Positions 24,922-36,735 of a stretch of 64,000 nt of DNA are shown here, piece by piece. A program made the position numbers and the translations under genes. Each line of letters opens with the position of its first letter. Position 1 is the first letter of the stretch. Below the pieces are notes generated by a model. That model did not search any database, had not been told where the DNA came from, and saw only the letters and a list, made by a program, of their open reading frames with translations. Origin of the DNA: Cystobasidiomycetes sp. EMM_F5 (Eukaryota); assembly GCA_051047955.1 (NCBI GenBank), contig JBPGPT010000035.1, positions 62,001 through 126,000 on the forward strand, in the 5' to 3' direction.

Positions 24922-27280
24922 CTAGTTGAACACTTCGTTGTGAAACAAGAATCGCATACCTCTATTCTCGTGTCTAGATCTAGCGGTATATACCGAAGCG
25001 AGATCCGACAGCATTTCTCCTATGGCCGGAGGGCCACAGAAGAAAATACCAACTCGGCCTGTCCAGCCTTGCTCGCACATGTCGTCGTAGAACTGCGAGA
25101 TTATACTCTCGTAATCTGGCCTTCCGAAATGCGACGGGTTGCGTAATCCTGTTAGAGCGGAATAAGGATGCTCTGGCGTCTGATAACTATCTAGCATCCA
25201 GCGAAAAATGTGCGTTGCAATGTCCTTCTTCTTTGAAGTGATGTGGGCGTGGATATTGAGTGTAAGGTTCGAGTCATCTTGTTCGGCCAGATCTGAAGCG
25301 CGGTTCAACAGCTCCGCAAACCATTGCAGCTGATCCCGTTCCCGCACACTCCAGTGAAAGTCCACTCGTCTGACGGCAGTACTTCCTGCCTTGCTTCTAC
25401 GCAAAGACTGCACACCCCTGCTGGCCTTCTCCGGGTTCGTTTGGCCCTGTTGTTCGTCGACCAAAGTCCTCTCTCGGTTCAGAGTGCGACTTCGTGCAAA
25501 GGAGCGTTTCCGCGTCAGCTTCCATGGGTCGCCGCGGGAGTAATAGTTCTGTTCCAGATCGGATAGTATAGCTGCGAAGGGAGTAACGCCTGCCGCGCAT
25601 CTCGCATGTCAGCGGACTCGTGAATGCGACATATTACAGAACATACCAATTCCTGCGCCAATGACTAGGCTCTTGTCAAATGTGTGCCACCTTTGAGCAG
25701 GTGCACCAAAAGGGCCGTCTACACCGACAGAAATCTTCGCATGATCGCTCTCGCCTGCATTGTCTTCGCTCTTCTTAGCTAGCTTGAGAAGACTTCGCGT
25801 CCAGCTTCCTTCAGCCTTGATATGCACCTGTAAACGCGAGCCCGAGATACGAGAGATGGTAAATGGATGCCATTGGAAGCGAGATACTCCTGGAACTTGT
25901 AGATAGATATACTGTCCGGCATAAGCTCGCCAACTCTTGCCTTCAGGCTTGTCGACAGTCACGACTACGGTCGCATCGTCAATAGCGACTAGAGTGCCAG
26001 GATGATGCATGAAAAATGAGCGGGACAGGCGAAGAGAGCGCTCGGTCGCAACCAGGATCACCGGAAATGCAATCCAATAGCCAAACATAGGGGCTTGGAC
26101 TGGAATAATCCTGTCAGTAGAGATAGGAATTAGCTTGCACTAGATTCTACTTACGCAAATAAGCGGTGCCGTGCAGAGCTAGCATAGCAAAGATCGGATA
26201 CATGAGCAGGTGAAACAGCTGAAAGAGCTCGTATGACCATTTGCGCACGGCTGGGAGACTCGTCAAGGACACTAAGATGAAGCAAACTATTGCCGTCAAG
26301 CCTGACCAGCCAGGTCGACTCGCAACGAAGTCCTTGTATCGTTTCGGCACAGCTTGCGGGCCGAGAACGAGCGCCAAATCATCCTGTTGAGCTGGCCGAG
26401 AGCCGTAGAGAAAAGTGCCAGTCAGATGACCTATGGCGTGCAAACAAGCAAAGAAGAGCGCGAGAATGGACATCTTGATGTGGAACGACTGTGACAAGTC
26501 CCAATTGATGAAGCGCGAAAGAATGAAGGAATGACGGCAGAATGTAGCAAACCAGCGGGACATGGAGAGGATTAGGAAGAAGAACAGTGGATAAAGTGCC
26601 CCAGCGGAGAATTCTAATGCGCAAAACCGTCAAAAGAGTAGCTATGTTAATTATCGTTGCTTACTCGCGACAGTGACTCCCCACCCCAGGGCTGCGCGGG
26701 CCAGCGGGTCGGTTACGTATTTCAGACCCTGCCAAAGTGACATTGCTAGCGTGAGTGCAGCTACGAACGCCAGAAAGAGTACTTCGGGGCCTTTGACCGA
26801 CCACCACTGGTGACACAGGGTCTCATCTCAGCTGGGTGAGTTAATCGTATCAATGTGGCCACTTGCTGCAGATAGTCTTCTGCGCAATGGAAGCTTGTCA
26901 TCGTAGTCTCTGGCTTCCTTGTCGTCGTTACCGCTCGAGTTTGGTTGTGCGAGTGAGGGGATGTGCCAGGAGCGGACTTGTTGCAGAAACGCTTTCTTAT
27001 CGACACTCTGACACTGTTCATCTCTGCACTCCTCTGGAAGCAGGGATAGTAAAAAGTCGTGCAAGTCGCTGCGGCCTTTCTGCTGCTTCTCATCATCTTC
27101 CGTGCTGGTCCTCGAGGGATGGTTGATGTTCCATTTCGCAGGTCTGGGTGTCAGCTCCTCGTTGACGATGTTTAAACGCTGCTCGAGTTCCTTCAACGAG
27201 ACTCGTTCATCCTTATCCTTGTCGAGGCTCTCATAGAACTCCTGGATCTCAGCGTCCGTCAATGGCTCGACATCGGTCAT
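24922..27280 (-). CDS. noxC: EF-hand NADPH oxidase (NoxC/NOX5-like)
   Basis: EF-hand DKDKDERVSLKE. Heme histidines in FHIKMS...LHAIGH and FHLLMYP...LHG. AGQY, FQWHPFTIS (FAD), DGPFG, GAGIG (NADPH), FHWSVRE, FGRPD, GIFFCGP. C-terminal EVFN. Confidence 0.9.
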
Positions 27281-27834
27281 GATGCGCCGTCAGCGAGTGT
27301 GGCCTTGAGCAAATCAGAACAGAGCCAGCAGACGGTGCTCTTTGCTTTTCCACAGCTCCACCAATGATTCCGCCATGCCATGCTCTGCGTTCCTGCCAAT
27401 TACTCCCAAGAAGCAACGCCCAGGCTGCCAACGTCATCGATGAAATATTTTCGCGCAAATATGACATGAAGCCGCTACGGCTCTGCATCACTAAAACATG
27501 AGTATACGAACACTGACAGGCTGTTGCGAAGCTTTTCCTTCCCTGACCGGGGCTCCAACTTCCAGCTGCTACTAATGACAAAGTCCCCGCTTCGTTCTAA
27601 ACCTCTACATTGTTTGACAACGACATGGTGTACAAGTGGTTGTCGGGCAGTGTTCGCGTCGAAAAGCCGCTGACACGAAGGCTGACATCTTCTGGCCCAA
27701 ACAGGCCATCTGTAGCATTGTCTGACGCTGATGACAATGGCAAAAGCGCATGACCTGCCACAGTCAAGCAATGATCCTCACCCTTACTCTCCTCCGTCTT
27801 CACGCTCACCCAATATATCACTTTATCACGCAAT

Positions 27835-28637
27835 ATGCTGCCCGCTGTTCCGGTCAACGAGCTATTCAACACAGAGAATGCAGAAATTGTCCTACGCTCA
27901 GCATTCGTCGACTCTGCAAAGTCTGCGCTGGGCAAGACGGAGGTGTCGACAGATTTCAGACTGCAGAAGGAGCAGTTAGCCCGCATTTCTGAGATATTTC
28001 GAGATATGCTGCAACTCGGTGGCAGCGACGAAAGTTCCGGAGACGAGTGTCCAATCGTCCAGGTTGAGGAAGGTACAGCAATTGTCGAGGAAATCTTGCG
28101 CTTGACTGCAAGAGACGACGTTGGCGCATACTCGCGACTGGGTGACATGGAACCCCGTTTGTTGGTATCCGTATGGAAGGCCAGCGACAAGTACAAGATT
28201 CCTGACTTGGAATTCATTACCGAGATTTTCATCGCGTACGTTGATGTATGCATGCCAAATTGGTGGACTGACACCCAAATAACGTTGCAGGAAACGACTG
28301 AACAAGATGGACGCAGCGCTTTGCTCCATTGTGTACACACGGGCAGTACTGCTCAACAGAACACGGCTACGAGAAAGTGCTGCAAGGCGTCTCGCTTCGT
28401 TTCCGACAGGGAAGTGGTCGACTGACGTAATCTCTAATGTGGACCCGTACGGCGCTGTGATGGAATTGGTGAGCGCAATCAACACTGCATCTGATGGCGA
28501 GTCCTGACTATCTCTGCACACAGTTTGCCATGAGGGAGGCCCATCGCAACGAAGTCAAAGAATGGAAGCCTGCATCCCAATACGTTGACAATGGTGTAGG
28601 GTTCCCTGAGGGTACGGGATTTGACCATTACCAATGA
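27835..28637 (+). CDS. BTB/POZ-domain protein (paralog 4)
   Basis: AEIVLRS...FRLQKEQLARISEIFRDMLQLG...CPIVQVEE...VWKASDKYKI. Exon 2 KWSTDVISNVDPYGAVMEL. Confidence 0.87.
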
Positions 28638-28862
28638 AGACGCTCGTTGTGCAGAGGGGATGCGTATGTCCACTTGTTGATCTGAGCGAAATCGAAGCAT
28701 ATTGCCACATTCGCTTTTTAGTGTTTTGTCTGACATATTCCTGCCCAAACACGTCTTTTTGACTATATCGTCAGACGCATTAGCCCTTGGACATAACTCA
28801 GCTGCACCTGTCCCTTGGCTCTGCCTCTTTGCAAAACACACTTCAGATTCAGCACACCGAAC

Positions 28863-29646
28863 ATGTCGGCCCCCAGTTCAGTCAACGAACTCTTCAATTC
28901 GCCTGAAGCAGACCTTATTGTGCGGTCCGCATTCGTCGACTCTGCAGATTCTTGGTCGGGCCGGGGCGAAGTCTCCACAGACTTCAGACTACAGAAGGAG
29001 CAGCTCGCTTGTATCTCTTTTGCATTCCGAGACATGCTCGACAAAGTCGACAAGGGCGACGGAGACGAGTGTCCAATCATTCAAATCGACGAGGGGGCAT
29101 CAGTGTTTGAAGAGATCTTGCGCCTGACCATCAGAGATGACATTGGCACATACTCAAGGCTGAGTTCAATGACGCCCGAACTGTTGGTAGTAGTATGGAA
29201 GGCCAGCAACAAGTACAGGATCGCCGACGTGCAGATCATTACCGAGGCGGTCATCGAGTATGTTGCGAGTAACGTCCGTTTGCTAGGCTGAGTTAGTATG
29301 ATGGTGATGCAGGGAATGACTCAAGCTCATGAAAGCCAGCCTTTGCTGTACGGTTTACGTCAAAGCTGTGTTATTGAATAGGCCGCAGCTGCGAGTCGCG
29401 GCTGCAAAACATCTCGCTTCATTCCCCCCGAAAGAATGGTCGGGCGATGTACTCTCGCAGGTCGATCCCCATGGTCTTCTACCGGAGTTGGTGAGGCAGT
29501 TTCGCACTTGGTTGATGGCCGGTTCTTATGAATGTTGCCCCAAGATCCGAAAAGGACAAAACGAGCTCTACAGTGCACCCGAATACATTAGCCCGTGGGG
29601 AAGCGCGGATTATATTCAACTCGCCTCTGCAGACGAAGTGTCGTAG
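28863..29646 (+). CDS. BTB/POZ-domain protein (paralog 5)
   Basis: ADLIVRS...FRLQKEQLACISFAFRDML...CPIIQIDE...VWKASNKYRI. Exon 2 EWSGDVLSQVDPHGLLPEL. Confidence 0.87.
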
Positions 29647-29982
29647 TTCCAAAGATGATGGTGGCAATCTTGTGTATTATCTGAATACGTGCAATGCGTT
29701 TCCCCCGGAGACCTGTGGCATGCAGAGTCCGAGACTGTTAATTCTCATGCAAAGTGCGATGTTCAGCGGGAGAGATTATTTCCAATACCTGGCTGCAAAT
29801 CGAAGCATCCGGCCATCTGCACCTGAGCGAGTTGTCTGACATATTCCTACCCAAACATGTGCGACTTCGCATGTTGTAAGACGCGTCAGACGTGCATACA
29901 AGTCAATCTCAGCTTCTCAACCAGCACACATCTTCGCTGAGCTCTATCTCCCTGCAATATATCAAGCTCGAACAAGCCGGAC

Positions 29983-30800
29983 ATGTCGCTTTCGATTCCA
30001 GTCAGCGACCTTTTCAATGCTGCCAATGCAAACATTGTCCTGCGCTCAGCCTATATCGATTCATCAGCTTCTGCGCTCAAACGGACCGAGATCCCAACGG
30101 ACTTCAGACTACAGAAGGAGCAATTGCGCCGCGTCTCTCCTGCTTTTCGAGAAATGCTTGACACTGGCGATAGGGGTGACGCACATGAGTGTCCAACTGT
30201 CCACGTTGACGAAGGGGCAGTGGTAATTGAAGAAATACTTCGATTGTCGGCAAGGAACGACATTGAAGCATACTCAAGGTTGAAAGCGCAAGATCCCCGA
30301 TTGCTGCTGTTGATATGGAAGGCAAGCGCCAAGTACAAGATTGCCGATTTACAATTCATCACCGAAGTTTTCCTCCAGTATGTTGTCGAGTATTCGCCTT
30401 TGTGCTCTACTGATTTCACGATGCCACAGGGAGCGAGTCCACGGAATGGGTGCAAGACTTTGCTCCGTGGTTTATGTTCAAGCAGTGAATCACCAGAGAC
30501 CTCAACTGAGAGCTGCAGCTGCGAGCCGGCTCGCTTTGCTACCATCGAAAACGTGGCTGCGCGCCATGTTTCACCCCATAGATACCAATGGAATTATGCT
30601 GGAAATGGTGAGTAGATTATGCAGACTCGTCAGCGAAATGGCGTCTGATTTATAACTCAAAGATTAAAGCCAGGGAAGGCATTTGTTGCCGCGATGACCG
30701 GTCCCGTTTAGAGAGTCCCGACGAGAGTACTGAATGGGAGATTGATCCTGGCGATACGTGGGTAAGGCTGCTGCCCACGGACCACACGAGCGAGCGCTGA
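29983..30800 (+). CDS. BTB/POZ-domain protein (paralog 6)
   Basis: ANIVLRS...FRLQKEQLRRVSPAFREML...CPTVHVDE...IWKASAKYKI. Exon 2 TWLRAMFHPIDTNGIMLEM. Confidence 0.87.
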
Positions 30801-31372
30801 GTCTTATTCCAAAGGTGTAGCGGTGAGCTAGCTAGCCCGGTGCGCAAAAGTTCCTGGATTGTGAATGGATCCGCATGGTTGCTTCACGAATCTGAATTAG
30901 TATCTCTAGTAATGTGTTGCGGAATTGTATATAATTCAATACCAATCAGCCATACGCGTACTTCTGTTAGCCATATATCCTCATCGTCAGTTCCAGAGGT
31001 TCCCGTTGCATCGACCAGACTGCGCAGCTCTTTGCTCCGCCCAAATGCTTGAAAACATCAGCGGATCCTGCGCTGGCTCGTCCTGACACTGCTGCTCATG
31101 ATACGGATGCATGCCCATTCTTGACATGAAAGTCAGTATTGGTCCAAGAACGAAACCCCGAAATCATCAGAAACCAGTCAAAGCAGCCAAGAGTCCGGTT
31201 TCAGATTTATGAAGCAGCAACGCCGTCGAGGTAGACTGCGTTCCATGGTATTGACTGTCACCTACGCGCGCTCGCCGTCTGTTGCCGTTCAAACTCGTCG
31301 GCAGCCGTGTCAATCCAATATCAATCAAGTTAACAATATCAACCAACATCTTGGAGTATCTCAGCTGGCCAG

Positions 31373-34300
31373 ATGACCGTAGCTGTACTGTCATTCTTCA
31401 GCCCCTCGCTATCGTACAATTCGCTAGAGGATGCAGCCGCTGGACTGAAAGCAATCGCTTCTCTCCAAGGATTCACGCTCGTAGAACGCAAAAGCCCCAA
31501 CGACGAGCAGAATGCAAAACAAGACGTCGTATCCTTCCGTTGTGCAACGCTCGGCTGCGAGTTCTTTGTCACCCTCCGCAAAAGCAGGAAGAAGCAATCG
31601 CCCGAAGCTGCAGCATCCTCAGAAGCCAACCAGGCGGAAGCGCAAATCCCGCCAGAGTACAAATGGTACGTCTCAGTTGCATGCAGTTGCTCGAGTCTTG
31701 AGCTAAGTCGCGATTCGTTCGTTGTCAGGGGTATATACACCATTAATGAATCGCACCGACCTGTATGTCGACCTCCAAAGTCACGCGAGAGAAGGCCAAA
31801 GGGAGCCAGTGGGACAAGTGCTGCTCAAAGTGACTCCGTCTATCGAGAAGTCTCGGTCGAAGCAAGCCCCGAGGAAAGTGATGGCGAAGATGTCACGGAC
31901 GACGAGGAGGATGATCGTGGAGAAGGCCCGAGCTATAGCCAACCGAATTCCAGTAGACCGACAAGGAAAGCTACTACCACGACCAAATCACCCGCCCGAA
32001 AATCTGCTCGCAATCAATCGTACTCCAACGGGTCAATCGAATACTCCCAAGCACGTTATCCCTCCCGTCGAACAGCTGTATCAGCTTCGAATGGTGATGT
32101 GCATATCAATCGTGACATGAGTCACCACTCTTGGATGTGGAATAACGGGCATCTACGTTCACCAAAGCACCCCTACCCCGCAGCGTACGGAGAGCAGCAA
32201 CAGTGGCAATTCATCCCTCCGCAACTGTCAACTCGCTACCATCCTCAGTGGACACCGAATCATCAAGGAAGTGGAGGTATCTTTGTAAATGGTGCGGACG
32301 AGCAAGAAGATGTCCGAGATGAAGAGGACGTGGACGACCCGGACCCTTGCGGAGATAACGAATTTGAAGACCTGCAGATGCCATACATTCGGTCACCATC
32401 ATTGGAAGCGCCTACAGCTCCTCTGCTTCCACCTCAGCCTGAACCGCCAGATCGGCAAGAAGGCGGAGTGACTAATGCCCACTCCGATGCTGTCAGCCGA
32501 AATGTGTCGGGACAACCACACGCGGTTGATATCTCTGCAGGAGTAGATGGTAGCAGATCTACTCTCGATGCCAATGATTTCGAACCCACAAATAACGCTC
32601 AGACCGAGCTCGAGAATCCAGCCGAAGGAGATCAAACGGACATTTCGTTATGCTTCGAGGACCTCATGGCTTCTCTGACAACTCCAACGACTGCTGAAAA
32701 TGCCAATACCCGTTCCAGTATAGTTGACTCCCATAGCGAAGCTCTGCTGACCATGGATCCCCGTGACTTGGTACAGTCGGGAAATACGCCCCTCGCGAGC
32801 TTGCCTTTGCTTACTGGCCTGCCCGATTCGCTGAAAGCCGCCATGTCGGCAGGATTGAACGGGACGGCGCTTCCGAATCATCACACGCCTCTGAGTGCCG
32901 GTATCTCGCCATCGCATCTGCATATCAGAACGGATGCATCAACTTCGGGATCCACGTACTTTCAGAATGCCTTTAAAGCTCCAGCTCCAGGCTCTGATAG
33001 CGTGGTTGTGGATGATACTTTCTTTTTCGATGCCAATGAATTCGATGCTGCGATGGCGGCTGCATCAACATCGGATAGTAGTGATGACGAGCGGCAACCT
33101 ACATCCTCCTCTCTCCCACCTTACCAGATCCTACCTACCCATACACACTCAGATACGCCACTTACCAGTGTGGAGCCATCGTCCATCAACGGCTATACTT
33201 ACGCCGCTGCCGCCAATCGCAATGCAGCCGTTCAAGAGGGCAGTGTCGATCAACCGGCAGGCATCCCTCTTCCTGCCAAGGCCGGCTTACCCGGGAGCGC
33301 CTCTCGCGCAAAGGGCAAGCAGAACGCTACGGCACTCAATAAGAGCATGTACGAAAAGGCTCTTGATCTCGGGGCGAAAGCCGACGAGCATGGTATCTTC
33401 GACATCTATCAGATCTTCACTAGCTATGATGCGGCAGAAGCAGCGATAATGTCAAATGCTGCGAAGGATGCAATGCCTTTCAAGATCAACTGGCGGCCAA
33501 CGGAACAATTTCCTGGTGTACATGGTGCAGGATACGCCTGTCAACGCGAGTGCGGGTACGAAATGCACTTAAGCGATGATGCACTTGGCAAGTGGAGAGT
33601 CATCAATGTCATCGGCATGCACGCAGCCAGCTGCTTTCCAAGCTACAAAGGCAAAAAGAACGCAACCGTCAAAAAACGGATCCCGAAACGGAATGCTGCC
33701 GTAAGTATATTGTGCAAAGAGGTAGCTGTTCGACTGACATGGGCTCCAGCAGCATCCGGCTAAAGCGTTCTCACCTATATCCTCCCGCCCTATGCTACGT
33801 CGGCGACGTCGCTCTGCTTCCGGCTCATCTTCATCAAGCGTCGAAGTCGTGGTAGCATCGAAGAGCAGAGTAAACATCTCATCTCCTGCTTCGACAAGCA
33901 AAGGTAGTCCCGTCAAACCCATCTCCATTGACAGCTCGGACGGGTCTGCCAAAGAAGAAGCCCCTCAAGCAACCGCCCCGGGCTCGATGACCGCAACGAA
34001 GAAACCGAAACTGCCAGACCTCAAGCATTCGCGTCCTACGCCTGTTGGGGCTCGGAGGACCAACAAGGCCGCTCGCGCACGGTATATGGCGATACCAAGG
34101 CCTGCATATCAAGAAGACGATGCTCTTGCAGATCCTTCCGCGAAAGGTAATACTGGTGCTCCGTCGTCAAGCGCTGGGCCGAGTAGCAGAAACGGCAAGC
34201 TTGTGGCCTCTCCCGGGTCTGTTGCGGCACCCTTGACGTCCCCTTTGGCAACGACGCCGGGCGTCTCGCAAAACGGCGGAAGTCCATCGAGAAGACTACG

Positions 34301-36455
34301 GCGTCGAGATGGGACGTTCGTAAACGGCACTTCGGACGAGCTTTCGGTATCACCTGAGAAATCGCAGCCGCAACAAGGGACGAGGCCGCTTCGAAACCCA
34401 GTATCTCATCTTCGAAATGTCATCGAGATCGACTCTAGCTCAGACGAACAGACGCAAGACCCCTACCACCGTCGTTCTTCAAACCTGGCACAGCCCAGGC
34501 TTTCGCCAGTGTCAAAAGAAAGTCGGAAAGGTCGACCGAGGGGACGACCCAAAAAGAAGGCCAAGATAACTCATGTCGCAGAAACAGACGCTGTTCAAAC
34601 ACTCGCACAGCCACGGACGGGACCTGTGGCGACTGCGGCAACAATACAGCTCATAGCAGCGAATCTCCGGTCAATAGGTTCTATCGGCTCAATAGGATAC
34701 CCGGAGGCTCTCAGTCGGCTCTTGCAGAATGGTGGGTACAACACGGTCGGCCAACTCCTCCAAGAAGGGCTCGCCTTGAGTACAGACGATTTTATGGCCT
34801 TCCACACAATGTTTGATTTGTCTGGCTTTTCGGATCGACTCAGTCAGGCTGAAGCTGCACTGGCGGGCTCTCTCAAGAAACCTGCCGATATGGGCGGATG
34901 GAAAAAGTCTGTCATCCGTGCGTATGTCAGACAGGTCGCAGAGGAGGTCCGTGTGCAAGCCATGATTCTATACGAGCAGAATGCAGAGATGGGAGACGGA
35001 AGCGAGATTGAGGAGGATGCAGAATTAGAAGAAAGCAAAGACACTGAAGCGACAGCGTCATCGTCTAGCTCAGACTCGCTATCCGACCTTGATTCCGACT
35101 ACCAGGACGTTGAAAGCCTCCTTGTGAAACCCTCTGCTCGCAAAAGTACATCGCCTGCGGTAATCGATCCCACAGCACAAGACGATGTCGACATGGCAGA
35201 TGACGACGAGGAAGTCGAAGACAGCGAAACTGAAAGATTAGAAGCAGAACGATCTGTTTTGCGTTCTTCCCCTCCAAAGAGACGAAATATGTCATCAACG
35301 CCAGTTGAGGCTGATGATGAGGATGAAGAGGCTGCTCCAGCAGAACCGTCAATGCTGGACGCGCGCAGTCCACCCGGTAATACTATCCAATCAGAAGTGG
35401 CTGAACAGGCCGTCTTGGATGTCGCCGCAGTGCCCGAACAACCTGATGAAGACGAGGCACAATCAATTGGCACGTAATCTCTGATGGATCGGATTATTGA
35501 CTCCATCGCTGCTCGCGTCGAGCCGGAAGAAGGCGGAGAAGCGATTTCGGAGATAGAGAAAGTGCCTGTAGGGGCGATTGCCGATGGAGAGAAAGTATCT
35601 GACAGTGACAAAGGTGCACCGAATGTTCTTACGAAGGACACCTTTCCTGTCGATGCGTTTGGTACCAAGAAGGCTACAGCGGAGCACACCACCGTGGCCG
35701 AACCCGACAGCGTCACAGCCGAGATACCGTCTTCTCCGCCAGTACAGGCGCTCTCCTTGCGCGATACTTCGATGGACGAGGTCATAGTCTCCGCAGCCGA
35801 TGCCATTATGGCACAGACCGCTGTACCAAGTACCGATGAGCAAGAAGTGCTGTCGCTTATAAACATGCTGGCACCGGTTTCTGAGCCGGTAGCAAGCGCA
35901 AGTACCTCTTCAAGTTTGCCCAATGGGCAGCGCATTGAAGGCAAACTATCAACAAAGATCAATGGCGCACACGATGTCCCAACCGCCAAATCTCCCAATG
36001 CCATCAATGGCATACTTCAGCAGCCTGTGAAGAATGCGCCCGCCGTCACTCGAATACCGCTTGCTCGACCTGTCAGGCCTGCCAGAGACAATACTACTCA
36101 GCATCATCTCTGGCGTTCCTCAGAAAACTCCATAAAGTCTCCCTGGGCGAAACCGGATCTCTTTTCAAGCGCAAGCAAACCAAAACCTGCTGTCGATAAT
36201 GCGCTAGCTCCCGATTCGACAATACCGAAAGCTATTTTTAAGCCGTTTGTGCGTGTCGCTAGCACACCACGCTCAGCAGTATTGGATCGTCCGCAGGCGA
36301 TACTGAACGGTGCGACAGCTGCAATACCGCTACCCTCCTTCTCCCGAATAAATGCAGAGACTAGTACGCCAGAACCGCGATCGCGCAAGAAGCTCCGACC
36401 GTCGTGGGCGTCGGGAAACAAGGCAGAAAAAGCAGAAAGGGTGGCAGAATCGTGA
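31373..36455 (+). CDS. Large mostly disordered putative DNA-binding protein with two MuDR/FAR1 (WRKY-GCM1-like) zinc modules and an AT-hook; the last segment may be joined by an intron or be a separate gene
   Basis: A GT-AG intron at 33701-33749 joins the 796-aa and 561-aa ORFs in phase 0. Modules FRCATLGCEF...KWYV...ESHRPVC and YACQRECGY...GKWRV...MHAASC. AT-hook KGRPRGRPKKK. In-frame TAA at 35475. Confidence 0.7.
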
Positions 36456-36701
36456 AATCATCAGTTTTACACCCATCTTGGATCCCTCCAGTGTAAGATC
36501 TGTACAGCGGATCGTTCCATCTCAGTGTACACGGCGTGTGCAAATGCTGCATTTTCTCAATGGCCAAGCTTCCTATATTGCTATTTACATCGTGTGACTG
36601 TCGAGTAGGCTGTCAGCGACGGTACACTTGTTGTTGTGGGATAGAGGCTAGTGAAGCAGTGAAGATTGGAAATTCTTCAAAGCTTTGTCTTCTACACTGA
36701 C

Positions 36702-36735
36702 GAGTTTGTTGATCTGAAGAGTTTGTTGATCTGAA
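36702..36735. repeat. Perfect 17-bp tandem duplication GAGTTTGTTGATCTGAA x2
   Basis: Visible directly in the sequence. Confidence 0.9.

Noticed and set aside
27545..27592. CGGGGCT and AAAGTCCCCG resemble the RNase MRP P4 strands
   Set aside because: They are in the wrong order and only about 30 nt apart, with no downstream CR-V. At most a local hairpin in the NoxC/BTB promoter.
28690..28770. Apparent shared peptide LSDIFLPKHV with a frameshift after BTB paralogs 4 and 5
   Set aside because: The spliced last exons stop earlier (28637 and 29646), and a similar motif precedes paralog 4. It is better explained as a promoter element.
35099..36013. 304-aa antisense ORF and many other overlapping ORFs in the track
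   Set aside because: These are shadows of low-complexity coding sequence on the opposite strand or frame, with no recognisable motifs.
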